DNA from: Candidatus Nitrospira inopinata
GTDB taxonomy: Bacteria; Nitrospirota; Nitrospiria; Nitrospirales; Nitrospiraceae
Direction of reading: 5' to 3'
Assembly (NCBI RefSeq): GCF_001458695.1
Contig: NZ_LN885086.1
Coordinates: 180,001 to 212,000 of the forward strand
Length of the DNA: 32,000 nt
Shown here: piece by piece, positions 1 through 8,644 of the stretch
Numbering within the stretch: the stretch's first letter is position 1
How the letters are laid out: every line of letters starts with the position of its first letter
Notes under the pieces: model-generated
Databases searched by the model: none
Seen by the model: only the letters and a program-made list of their open reading frames with translations
What the model was told of the DNA's origin: nothing
Position numbers and translations under genes: made by a program

Positions 1-41
1 CTGTCAATCCGATCATGCTTAACAATAAGGAGGGTCATGAG

Positions 42-452
42 ATGAAACGGATGCGGTCCATCACGGTTTTGCTGTGCGTCATGTTCATCGCGGTCGTCGG
101 TTGCCGCGGCGGAGGGCAGATTTATAACGTAAAAGACGCGCCGGTCGCGACCGCCACCGGCAAAGAGGCGACGATGGATCAGATCACCAAGGCCATCGTC
201 GAGGCCGGATCGGGGCTGGGGTGGACCATGGCGGTGGTCAAACCCGGACAGATCGTCGCCACGCTTCACATCAGAAGCCACACGGCGATCGTCGAGATCC
301 CCTACACGACCAAAACCTACAGCATCATTTACAAGGACAGTACGAACTTGAAATACGACGCCGAAAAACAAACCATTCACGAAAACTATCGCGGATGGAT
401 TCAGAACCTGGATAAAGCCATCAAAAGCCGCTTGTCCGGGTTGGGAGTCTGA
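42..452 (+). CDS. Small lipoprotein of unknown function
   Basis: ORF 15..452. The internal ATG at 42 is preceded by AAGGAGG (27-33) with an 8-nt spacer. The N-terminus MKRMRSITVLLCVMFIAVVGC has a signal peptide plus lipobox (VVG/C). No family recognised. Confidence 0.7.
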   Translation: MKRMRSITVLLCVMFIAVVGCRGGGQIYNVKDAPVATATGKEATMDQITKAIVEAGSGLGWTMAVVKPGQIVATLHIRSHTAIVEIPYTTKTYSIIYKDSTNLKYDAEKQTIHENYRGWIQNLDKAIKSRLSGLGV

Positions 453-472
453 CCGCGCCTCGTTTCGCCGCT

Positions 473-1279
473 CTACTTCCGCAGCGGCGTGACGGACGCC
501 CGCTCGCCGTAATGGCGGCGGTCGGGCGTCCGCCCGCCGAGGCGCCGATGCAATAGGCGATACAATCCCACCGGATACATCCCTCGACCGACCAGTTTCC
601 ATGCCACCATTCTGGTGATTCGTACAATGTCCAGCAACGGCCGAAAGTGACTGGGGCTTGACGCTGATCGGCGACCGACGCTGACGGCCACGCTTTTGAT
701 CACCATCCCTTGCCTGGCGGCTTCGATCAGGATTTCACTCTCGTACACGAAGCTTCGATCCGGCCCATGCGGGATCTTGACCGTCTGAAGCAACCGGGCC
801 GGATACAGACGAAACCCCGACTGGCTGTCTTCAATCGCTTGTCCCGACGCCCAACCGATCCAAAAGTCGGCGATGCAGTTGGCAAGGTAGCGTCGAAACG
901 ACGCGCGTCGATGATCTCGCCGCCTGGCGCCGATGAGAAAGACGTTCGGATCGTCCTGAGACCGCTCGATGAATGCGGGAATCTCTTCCGGCGCGTGTTG
1001 CCCGTCCGCATCCAGTGTAATAATCCCGACCGCCCCTCGGGACAAAGCATACTCAAAGCCTCTCGCCAAGCTGCCGGCCTTGCCTCGATTCGCCTCGTTG
1101 CGCAGCACCGTGACGTCCAAACCGGCCAGGGCTTGTTCGGTTCCATCGGACGACGCATCATCCACCACAATGACGTTCGGACAACGGTGCCGTGCGCGCG
1201 CGGCCACATCACGAATCGTCGCCGCCTCGTTATAAGACGGAATAACCACCCAATACGCCTCACGTGCCACCTTCGACAT
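473..1279 (-). CDS. Family 2 glycosyltransferase, last gene of the APE-like operon
   Basis: The N-terminus VVIPSYNEAATI...VVDDASSDGT and the DxD-type motif ITLDADGQH are typical of GT2 (DPM1-like) enzymes. The ATG at 1279 lies 3 nt after the upstream stop. Confidence 0.85.
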   Translation of the reverse strand: MSKVAREAYWVVIPSYNEAATIRDVAARARHRCPNVIVVDDASSDGTEQALAGLDVTVLRNEANRGKAGSLARGFEYALSRGAVGIITLDADGQHAPEEIPAFIERSQDDPNVFLIGARRRDHRRASFRRYLANCIADFWIGWASGQAIEDSQSGFRLYPARLLQTVKIPHGPDRSFVYESEILIEAARQGMVIKSVAVSVGRRSASSPSHFRPLLDIVRITRMVAWKLVGRGMYPVGLYRLLHRRLGGRTPDRRHYGERASVTPLRK

Positions 1280-1282
1280 CCT

Positions 1283-2008
1283 CTACGCCATCCCGCCGTT
1301 GATCCCGATGACCTGGCCGGTGATGTAACCGGCTTGCTCCGAGATCAAAAAAGAAACCAGCGCGGCGACTTCGTCAGGCGTGCCCGCCCGTTTCATGGGC
1401 ACCAGCGCTTCGATCTGTGGCCGGGTGAACGACGCCTCGACCGAAGGAGACTCGATCAGCCCCGGCGCCACCACGTTGACTGTAATGCCGCGCGACGCCA
1501 CTTCCCTCGCCAACGACTTGCTCGCGCCGTGTAAACCGGCCTTGGCCGCCGCATAGTTGGTCTGGCCCCGGTTTCCGATCACGGCGGCCACGGAGGAGAC
1601 GGAGACGATTCGCCCCCAGCGCGTCCCGATCATCGGCAGCAGCAACGGCTGCGTCACGTTGAAGAACCCGTTGAGCGAGAGATCGATGACTCTCGTCCAT
1701 TGATCGCCGGTCATACCGGCCATGGGTGCGTCATCGTGCAGTCCAGCATTGTTGACGACGATCTGGATCGGCCCGTCGTTCAACAGCGATTCCAGCGCGC
1801 TTTTGGTTGCTTGCGCATCGGTCACGTCAAAATACACGCTCATGGCCTGTCGGCCCATGGCGAGAATCCTTTGCGTCACCGCCTCGGCCGATTCGCGGTT
1901 GCGGTATCCGTGCACGATGACTGAATGCCCGTCCGCGGCCAGCCGTTCGGCGATAGCCGATCCGAGCGTCCCGCTCGCCCCCGTGATTAACGCGCGCGCG
2001 TTCGCCAT
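1283..2008 (-). CDS. 3-oxoacyl-ACP reductase (FabG-like SDR ketoreductase)
   Basis: Rossmann motif TGASGTLGSA, NNAG motif, and Ser...YxxxK catalytic signature (SSVAAVIGNRGQTNYAAAKAG). 241 aa, a typical FabG length. Confidence 0.9.
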   Translation of the reverse strand: MANARALITGASGTLGSAIAERLAADGHSVIVHGYRNRESAEAVTQRILAMGRQAMSVYFDVTDAQATKSALESLLNDGPIQIVVNNAGLHDDAPMAGMTGDQWTRVIDLSLNGFFNVTQPLLLPMIGTRWGRIVSVSSVAAVIGNRGQTNYAAAKAGLHGASKSLAREVASRGITVNVVAPGLIESPSVEASFTRPQIEALVPMKRAGTPDEVAALVSFLISEQAGYITGQVIGINGGMA

Positions 2009-2448
2009 GCCGGTTCCGATTCCAAGAATATCGAGAGCCGCCCGCTCAGCACCTTCCGCCCGCCGGACGAAAGAGCGAACCGGTAGAGGCTGCTTCTGTC
2101 GTCTCCGAACAGACGCGCCGCGTCGATCGTGAGATCTTCAAGACAGTCGTCGAGACGATCCGCTTCGAATATCACATCCCGCAATCCGCCGACGACTCCG
2201 ATCGACTTGCCGGCCAAGGGCCTTCCGGCAAGGAGGCCCATATGAACGCCGACCGCCTGAGCCGCGTATTCCAGCCCCACGACCGCGTCAAGCCGTTCCC
2301 CGTGCCGCAGGGGGTTCGCCGGATCGCGATGCGATCGCGTCCGGCATCGAATCGCCTCGTGATCCCACCGCTCCACGCAATCCAGCAGACGCATCGCCCC
2401 CGCGTGCGGCAGCAATTCGCCCAGTTCGTCTTTGTTCAGCATCGGCAT
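1987..2448 (-). CDS. Hotdog-fold 3-hydroxyacyl-ACP dehydratase-like protein (APE-type)
   Basis: The N-terminal LLPHAGAMRLLD motif and a size of about 150 aa are typical of the FabA/FabZ-like dehydratase partner in aryl-polyene clusters. It overlaps both neighbouring genes by 13-22 nt. Confidence 0.7.
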   Translation of the reverse strand: MPMLNKDELGELLPHAGAMRLLDCVERWDHEAIRCRTRSHRDPANPLRHGERLDAVVGLEYAAQAVGVHMGLLAGRPLAGKSIGVVGGLRDVIFEADRLDDCLEDLTIDAARLFGDDRSSLYRFALSSGGRKVLSGRLSIFLESEPAWRTRAR

Positions 2449-3251
2449 GGCTCGATGGTCAGTTGAAGCCGTTGGTTCTCAAGCCAAGCAAGCGCGACGG
2501 TCCGCGGAACGGCGGCCGCGACGGCGCAGAGAAGAGGCAGCGATCGAGCCGCGGGGTTATTCAGCCGAAGCCGCTCCAAGGCGTCATCGGCAAGACGCTC
2601 GGGAAGACACGCGGATCCGCCGACGGGCGCTTGTTCCAGCCGCAATCGCAGGATGACGGTTGAATCGCGGGCGGGAGGGCTCAACACGAACGCCGCGGCG
2701 AATCCCTCGGTGATGGGCCTGGCCTCGTCCAATGGAGCCGGCACGGCCAAATCATAGGTGACCAGCAAGACCGGCCGTTGCTCCTCTCGCACCGTCGCGA
2801 CCGCCTCCACCAATCCCGCGGCGAACGAATCATCGTAGCAAGAGAGCGCGGTCGAGGATTGCTGGCCGGTCGTGGCGATCCCCCAATAGCCGGCGGCCGT
2901 ATTATGCACGGATTGATGAAACAGGGTGGGGGAGACCAGGCGCTCCTCCGTCGCCAGCACGCGGCACAGTTGATCGAAGATCGACATCTCCCCTCCGGAT
3001 GACGCGAAGACGGTCGGGACGTCGCGAGGGTCCAACCCCGATTGCTCGATCGCTTCCTGCGCGACTTGGACGGCCCATCGGACGGAGTCGCTGCTGCGGC
3101 GCCGTTCGTTCGGAGGAAGAATCGACGCCTCCGGAGAGGGAACGACGGTCGGTCGGTAGGGACGATCACCGGCCAACACCACGCGGCTTTCCCTCCAGCC
3201 GGGCAGGCCCGGCGCGAGCAGCCCGATACCGTCAATTGCGACGTCCGTCAC
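2436..3251 (-). CDS. Ketosynthase-like chain-length-factor protein (KS N-terminal domain, no active-site Cys)
   Basis: The reading frame of ORF 2436..3491 has KS-like sequence (FHQSVHNTAAGYWGIATTG) but lacks the TACSSS cysteine motif. I place the start at GTG 3251-3249, which overlaps the KS stop TGA 3250-3248 (GTGA coupling). The longer ORF-track start would overlap KS by 240 nt. Confidence 0.7.
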   Translation of the reverse strand: MTDVAIDGIGLLAPGLPGWRESRVVLAGDRPYRPTVVPSPEASILPPNERRRSSDSVRWAVQVAQEAIEQSGLDPRDVPTVFASSGGEMSIFDQLCRVLATEERLVSPTLFHQSVHNTAAGYWGIATTGQQSSTALSCYDDSFAAGLVEAVATVREEQRPVLLVTYDLAVPAPLDEARPITEGFAAAFVLSPPARDSTVILRLRLEQAPVGGSACLPERLADDALERLRLNNPAARSLPLLCAVAAAVPRTVALAWLENQRLQLTIEPCRC

Positions 3252-4465
3252 AGTTTCCCCAACACCAAGCTGCAATTGTTTCCGCCGAATCCGAAAATGT
3301 TGCTCACGACGCAGGACAGCGCGCCGAACTGATGGTCGCGGACGACCCGACATTGCAAGGCGGGGTCCACCCGCCGACAGTTGAGGGTGCCGGGAATCAG
3401 CCCCTTGGTCAGGCACAGCGCCGAAATGACCGCTTCCGTGATGCCCGCCGCGCCCAAGGTGTGGCCGGTCCACCCTTTGGTCGAGCTGCACGCCGGCCGA
3501 GCTCCGAACACGCTGTACACGGCCTTGTCCTCCACCTCGTCGTTGGCCCTCGTGGCCGTCCCGTGCAAGTTGACGTATTCCACCGCCTCCGGGCGGATGC
3601 CCGCGCGCGCCAGCGAATCCCGGATCGCCCGGACGGCGCCGGCTCCCTCCGGATGGGGATGAGACATGTGGTAACCGTCCGTGCTCTCGCCGTAGCCGAG
3701 CAGCGCCACCGCCCCTCGCTCGCCAGCCCGCTCGACCCGCTCCAGCAACGCGTAGCCCGCGGCTTCGCCCAATGACAGGCCGTCTCGATCTTCATCGCAG
3801 GGACGGCACGGATCGGACGACAGGAGTTGCAAGGCGGAAAAGCCGTAGAGCGTCGTATGGCAGAGACTGTCGGCTCCTCCCACCACGGCGGCGTCGCAGA
3901 ACCCGGCCCGTATCAACCGGGCCGCGGTCGCAAAGACTTTGGCGCTGGATGAGCAGGCCGTCGAGACGACCATGGCCGGCCCCTCCAAACCGAGACACGT
4001 CCTGACGAAGTGCCCCAGCGAAAACATATTATGCGTATACCGATATCGGGAAACGTACCGGGCCGGAAGCGCCCCTGTCCGAGGATCGCGCGCCCGATAG
4101 GCGTGTTCCGTTTCAAGAATACCGGAGGTGCTGGTGCCCATGACCACGGCGATTCGATGCGCGCCGTAGCGCTGCTTGGCCTCGGCCACCGCCACCGTGA
4201 ATCCGTCCTGCTGGAGACCAAGCCAAGCCAGTCGATTGTTGCGGCAATCGAACGGCCGCAAGTCATGATCAAGAAAAAAATCCTCAAGCCCCGCCACCCG
4301 CCCGATAGACGTTTTCAACGCGACGTCTTCGAAGTCGCACGGTTTCAGCGCCGATCGGCGGGCCAGAATCGCGTCCAACACCGCTCCCGTCCCCCTGCCG
4401 TTGGCGGTGACCAGCGTATAGGCGGACAAGACGAGCGGCTCCATGGGGTCGACGTTAGGCGGCAT
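3248..4465 (-). CDS. Beta-ketoacyl-ACP synthase (FabF/FabB-like KS of a type II PKS/FAS)
   Basis: Active-site VSTACSSSAKV (Cys), NLHGTAT (His) and STKGWTGHTLGAAG (Lys/His). Start chosen at ATG 4465 (MPPNV), preceded by GAGGAAGGAAG. Alternative starts are 4501 and 4444. Confidence 0.9.
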   Translation of the reverse strand: MPPNVDPMEPLVLSAYTLVTANGRGTGAVLDAILARRSALKPCDFEDVALKTSIGRVAGLEDFFLDHDLRPFDCRNNRLAWLGLQQDGFTVAVAEAKQRYGAHRIAVVMGTSTSGILETEHAYRARDPRTGALPARYVSRYRYTHNMFSLGHFVRTCLGLEGPAMVVSTACSSSAKVFATAARLIRAGFCDAAVVGGADSLCHTTLYGFSALQLLSSDPCRPCDEDRDGLSLGEAAGYALLERVERAGERGAVALLGYGESTDGYHMSHPHPEGAGAVRAIRDSLARAGIRPEAVEYVNLHGTATRANDEVEDKAVYSVFGARPACSSTKGWTGHTLGAAGITEAVISALCLTKGLIPGTLNCRRVDPALQCRVVRDHQFGALSCVVSNIFGFGGNNCSLVLGKL

Positions 4466-6776
4466 GATCTTCCTTCCTCGCCGCCACGGCCGAAAAGGCA
4501 AGGCAACACAGCGCCCCGCAGGCGGCGGTCATGCCGATCGCATGGAGGGCCGGCGTCTTCGAGAAAGCCAGCACGCCGAACACCGCAATGGTGGTCCCGC
4601 TGCAGACGAGCAGCCCGAAGCTCGTTCTCAGCCGTTCTTCTCCTGTGCACTCCGGCCGGTTGAGAAACAGCGCGTAATCCAACCCCAATCCGACCACCAG
4701 CAGAAAGGTCGCCACGTGAAAGAGGGACAGCGACTCTCCGATGCCCCGCAACAGCGCCGCCACCACGAGAATCGCGCAGAGAATCGGAGTCAACACTCGC
4801 GCGACCAGAACGGCGGATCGCAATCCGATCCCCAACACGATCGCAATCGCCGCCACCCCCCACCCCAGCAACTGCACCGTTCGATCGCGATAGGCCGTCA
4901 TGATTCTGTTCGACTCTTCCTTGAGATCCAGGTACCTGACCGCCCCGTCGCCCCATCGCTCAACGTACCCGGCCAACGAGGCGCGATCCTCGACGCCGCT
5001 CAGCGGCACGACGGCCATCCATCGCTCTCCTTGCGGGAACAGCAGAGACTCCAGCTTGACTCCCAGCATCGTTCCCGCGAACGCCTCGGGACCGACCGGT
5101 TCGCGGCGTCGAGCCGCCTCGACGGCTTCCACGAACGGCGCAAACAGGCCGGGCGCGAAGGGCAATCCCTCGAGCGCCGCTTTCAGGTTCCGCTCGAGGG
5201 TCTGCCGATCGGGCAACGCTCGTTGCCGTTCCGCTTGCGTCCGGCGGCTGGGGATGTAACGGGATATGATGTCGTAGCCGGCCAACGCGCGGTCCTCCCG
5301 GAGACGTTCGAGCCGCACGGCCACGGTTTCCGCCTTTTGAAGCAAATCCTCGGTTGTCGCCTCTTCAATGACCAACAGGTCCCGTACGTCCGGAGCGCCC
5401 AGCTCTTTCCGCAATTGTTGATCGAACCGCTTTTTCTCCTCCGGCAACGGGCTGAGGCGTCCCACGTCCTGCTCCCACATAGGCGTATCAGACCATACCA
5501 AGACCGCCGCCGCAAGGATAAGCGCGACCACCGCCGGAATACGTCCCGCTGACGACAGGTCAAACCTCGACCACAACCCGACATGAGCGTCACGTGGAGC
5601 GAAGCGATCTCCCATGCAGGCCGGTACAACCCACTTCGTCGCCAGGGCTCCGGTCACAAGGCCGACCAGGGCCAACAATCCCAGTTGCGCCAAGGCCGGA
5701 TAGCCGGCCAGCAGCAGCGATGAAAATCCGATCGCGGTCGTCAGCATGCCCAACCGCATGGTCGGCCAGATCGCCTGCATGGTCGATGACGGGGATTCGC
5801 GGCCCGTCAGATGGCTGAACAGATGAATCGGATAGTCATCCACGACTCCCAACAAGATCACCCCGAACCCCAGCGTAATCCCGTGGACAAACCCGAACCA
5901 TTGGTTGACCGCGATCACACCGGCCACGATACCGGTGGAAATAGGGATCAACGTCAGCAGCACCAGCGCCAGGGATCGATAGCTGACGAAAAGAAGCGCG
6001 ACGACCAGCCCGGTCGCGACGGCGGACAGCCGCCACGCTTCGGCCTCGATCGCCCGCTGAGCCTCGACCGCAAAGACGCCGGGGCCGCTCATGCGCAATC
6101 GCGCCGCGGAGCCTGTCTTTTTTACCGCCTCGCCGAACGACGCTCGGATCGCCCGATGAAGCGATTCCTGCTCGTCCACGTCGAACCCGCTCCCGCGGGC
6201 CTCGACGAGCAAGAGGGCTCGCGCGCGGTCCGGCGACATCCACACTCCTCCATAGGTCGACGGCCCATCCCCCACGGACCACGATCGCAGGAGATTCCAT
6301 GTTTCGCCCGTCGGATCGGCCGGGATCGACTCCTTCACGACGGCCCCCAGCGGCGAGCGAAGATCATCCAATCTCCGTTCGAGAGCGGCGCGAAGCCCCG
6401 ATTCGGAAAACGTGTCCGCCGTCACCGTCGGGCTAAGCAGGTAGCGGAATTCGTTCGGCAACGCCAGTTCCTTCTTCGAACGGACCTCCGCGCCGTTGGC
6501 GACCATGCCGACGCGTTCGTCGGCGCGAAGGGACTCCGCCAACGACCGGCTGAGTCCGGCCAATTCGGCCGGCGACGCGCCCTCCACCGCCAGCAAGATG
6601 AGCCGGCCCGACAACCCCTTGCGCGCCTGCGACAACAAGATCCGCTGTGTCTCCGTCGCCCCTTCCGGCAGGAGGTCGCTGAGATCGTTGCGGACGGACA
6701 GTTTCTCGGCTCCGTACCAGATTCCGCAGAGCATGAAGATCAACCAAAAAGCCGGAACCAAGCGACGTGCGGTCAT
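4455..6776 (-). CDS. MMPL/RND-superfamily membrane exporter
   Basis: About 773 aa with two hydrophobic multi-helix bundles separated by large soluble loops, as in MMPL-type exporters of APE clusters. The ATG at 6776 overlaps the upstream stop (ATGA at 6773-6776). Confidence 0.8.
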   Translation of the reverse strand: MTARRLVPAFWLIFMLCGIWYGAEKLSVRNDLSDLLPEGATETQRILLSQARKGLSGRLILLAVEGASPAELAGLSRSLAESLRADERVGMVANGAEVRSKKELALPNEFRYLLSPTVTADTFSESGLRAALERRLDDLRSPLGAVVKESIPADPTGETWNLLRSWSVGDGPSTYGGVWMSPDRARALLLVEARGSGFDVDEQESLHRAIRASFGEAVKKTGSAARLRMSGPGVFAVEAQRAIEAEAWRLSAVATGLVVALLFVSYRSLALVLLTLIPISTGIVAGVIAVNQWFGFVHGITLGFGVILLGVVDDYPIHLFSHLTGRESPSSTMQAIWPTMRLGMLTTAIGFSSLLLAGYPALAQLGLLALVGLVTGALATKWVVPACMGDRFAPRDAHVGLWSRFDLSSAGRIPAVVALILAAAVLVWSDTPMWEQDVGRLSPLPEEKKRFDQQLRKELGAPDVRDLLVIEEATTEDLLQKAETVAVRLERLREDRALAGYDIISRYIPSRRTQAERQRALPDRQTLERNLKAALEGLPFAPGLFAPFVEAVEAARRREPVGPEAFAGTMLGVKLESLLFPQGERWMAVVPLSGVEDRASLAGYVERWGDGAVRYLDLKEESNRIMTAYRDRTVQLLGWGVAAIAIVLGIGLRSAVLVARVLTPILCAILVVAALLRGIGESLSLFHVATFLLVVGLGLDYALFLNRPECTGEERLRTSFGLLVCSGTTIAVFGVLAFSKTPALHAIGMTAACGALCCLAFSAVAARKEDHAA

Positions 6777-7405
6777 GGCCCCGATCCCGGCGACAACGTC
6801 ATCACCGACCGGTCGCCGTCCGCGGTCAGGACCGTGATCGCGTTGATGCGGCCTTCCGAGCCGGACAGTTCGACGAAGTCGACCGGTGCGCCTCCGGCCT
6901 GATCGCGGGGGCGCACTCGCAAGATCCACCGGCGCTTCGTTCCTTCAAGAGCCGCGTCGTACTCCCGCGTCAGCCTTGCCGCGTCCCCGTCCAGCACGGC
7001 CCGAAACGTATCGACGAACCACCGCAGGCCCGGATACCCATCCAGCGAAACGGTTTTCGTCACGTTCCGCCGTTCGCTCTCGATCGTCACGAAGTCGCCG
7101 TCGATAACGTACCGCTCCCGATAGGGCTCCCGCACCTCCTTCTCCAACCTCGACGGAGGAGTGAACCGCAAGACTCCCCGCGTGATCAGCGGTTTCGTCA
7201 AGAGCGAGGAATACGTGGCTTCTTCAAACGACACACTGGGCTCCCGTCTTTCTTTCACGGAGGCCGCCATCTGCTCGAGGGTCCACGCAATCTCCGCTCG
7301 ATCGTCGGCAAGTCCCTGAACGGCGACGCCGATCACGCTCCAGATCATCGGCACCGCCCACACGAATGACGCCCGACTAACGCGTCTCTTCATTCCAAAA
7401 TTCAT
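6773..7405 (-). CDS. LolA-like outer-membrane lipoprotein carrier family protein
   Basis: Signal peptide (MKRRVSRASFVWAVPMIWSVIGVAVQGLA) followed by about 180 aa with a LolA-like pattern (FEEATYSSLLTKPLITRGVLRF...YVIDGDFVTI). The start is ATG 7405 or 7393. The longer ORF-track start (7537) would overlap the acyltransferase by 160 nt. Confidence 0.6.
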   Translation of the reverse strand: MNFGMKRRVSRASFVWAVPMIWSVIGVAVQGLADDRAEIAWTLEQMAASVKERREPSVSFEEATYSSLLTKPLITRGVLRFTPPSRLEKEVREPYRERYVIDGDFVTIESERRNVTKTVSLDGYPGLRWFVDTFRAVLDGDAARLTREYDAALEGTKRRWILRVRPRDQAGGAPVDFVELSGSEGRINAITVLTADGDRSVMTLSPGSGP

Positions 7406-8276
7406 AAAAATTAAACCAGTTGTCCGGCGCGAGGCGGCACGCTTCCTCGAGGCGGCCGGCGTATCGCTGGATGTCCCGATACAGAAGGGCTTCCTGCTGA
7501 TCGCGAGGCGCGCGGTCCCCGTCGCTGAACGGTTCAAAGTGCACGTCGTAGCGGTTCCCTCCCCGGTAGAATCCGAAAAACAAGACCACCGGCGATCCCA
7601 TAAGATGGGCCAGACGCAACGCCCCCGTCGGAAATCGGGCCTCGCGCCCGAAGAACGTACACCCTATCGTCCGGTCTCCTTGGGTCGCGCGGTCGCCCAT
7701 GACCCCGACGATTCCACCCCGCTCCAAACATTCCTTGACCTGCAACATCGCTTCCACTCCGCCGGCCTGAATGACCGTATCGGCCACCGTCCTGTTCAAC
7801 GTTCTCGTCAGACCGCGCATCAACGGCGCATTCCGCTCATCCATGAGGACTCGAACGTCAAGATGCTGCCGGAGCACCCCCGCCGCGCGAACCACTTCGA
7901 AACTGCCGAGATGAGCTCCCAACAACAGACAGCCTCGCCCCTTAGCCAGCCCGTCATCCAACGCCTCCAATCCGTGGAACCGGACGTCGAAGAGATCGAA
8001 CCGACATCGGAGAAAATACACGCGGTCGAGGATCGTCGCCGCGAAGGCGTAATAGTGGCGCAGCAGATCCGACCAACCGGTCGAACGATCGAGCGCCCGC
8101 TCGCGAAAACGGGCGATGGCCCGGTGAGCCGTCCGGGACGCCAACAGAAAGTAGACGCAAATCGGATAGAGCAGCGCGCGCGCGGCGGGACGTCCCAGCG
8201 TCAGCGCCACCCACGTCATGGCTCGAATGCCGATGCGGCTTCCCCGTTCCCGCTGTCGTCGCCACGCAAGACTCAC
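7377..8276 (-). CDS. Lysophospholipid/lipid A-type acyltransferase (LpxL/HtrB-like LPLAT)
   Basis: HX4E/D acyltransferase motif (GAHLGSFEV) and the conserved N-terminal W..QRERGS motif. Start placed at GTG 8276-8274, overlapping the upstream stop TGA 8275-8273 (GTGA). Confidence 0.75.
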   Translation of the reverse strand: MSLAWRRQRERGSRIGIRAMTWVALTLGRPAARALLYPICVYFLLASRTAHRAIARFRERALDRSTGWSDLLRHYYAFAATILDRVYFLRCRFDLFDVRFHGLEALDDGLAKGRGCLLLGAHLGSFEVVRAAGVLRQHLDVRVLMDERNAPLMRGLTRTLNRTVADTVIQAGGVEAMLQVKECLERGGIVGVMGDRATQGDRTIGCTFFGREARFPTGALRLAHLMGSPVVLFFGFYRGGNRYDVHFEPFSDGDRAPRDQQEALLYRDIQRYAGRLEEACRLAPDNWFNFYEFWNEETR

Positions 8277-8644
8277 GAGCGTTCCGTCAACGGCGATTCG
8301 GTCGCGAACTCGACGACGCCAGACGCCACAATCCGATTGTCCACTCGGCACACGAACGTGGCGCGCTCGGGGGCCGACCCATCCGATTCAGCGGCCGATT
8401 CAGCGGCCGACTCAGCGGCCGCTTCGACGGTCACTTCGACAGTGAGAATCTCGTCCGGCTTGAGTGGAGAGGAAAACTTGACCGTCGGCAGCCCCGCCAC
8501 GGACTTCACCTTCCCGATGGCGCCTCTCACCGTTTCCAACACCTCGCGAAGCACCAACACCCCCGGCACGATCGGTCGGCCGGGGAAATGCCCCGCGATC
8601 GCCGGATGGTCGGCCCCGATCGAGACGGTCCGCCTACACGTCAT
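8273..8644 (-). CDS. Hotdog-fold FabZ-like dehydratase/thioesterase with an (AAES)3 insertion
   Basis: FabZ-type motif HPAIAGHFPGRPIVPGVLVLRE. 123 aa. Contains an in-frame 12-nt tandem repeat (see the repeat feature at 8385-8420). Confidence 0.75.
   Translation of the reverse strand: MTCRRTVSIGADHPAIAGHFPGRPIVPGVLVLREVLETVRGAIGKVKSVAGLPTVKFSSPLKPDEILTVEVTVEAAAESAAESAAESDGSAPERATFVCRVDNRIVASGVVEFATESPLTERS
8385..8420. repeat. Three near-identical 12-nt tandem repeats (gaYtcagcggcc x3), with a degenerate fourth copy to 8432
   Basis: Read directly from the sequence: gattcagcggcc gattcagcggcc gactcagcggcc, then gcttcgacggtc. On the minus strand this encodes AAESAAESAAES inside the hotdog CDS. 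Confidence 0.85.

Noticed and set aside
2436-3491. ORF-track N-terminal extensions: the CLF to 3491, the ACP to 10709, the MMPL exporter to 6929, the LolA-like protein to 7537, the acyltransferase to 8351 and the DUF3015 protein to 13687.
   Set aside because: The extensions overlap the upstream gene by 40-700 nt and encode low-complexity basic sequence. Internal starts give ATGA/GTGA coupling or a good RBS, and they give family-typical N-termini.
8385-8432. Whether the tandem repeats could be a CRISPR array or a mobile-element remnant.
   Set aside because: The units are 12 nt, directly abutting with no spacers, in frame inside a CDS. There are no cas genes, transposases or integrases anywhere in the window.
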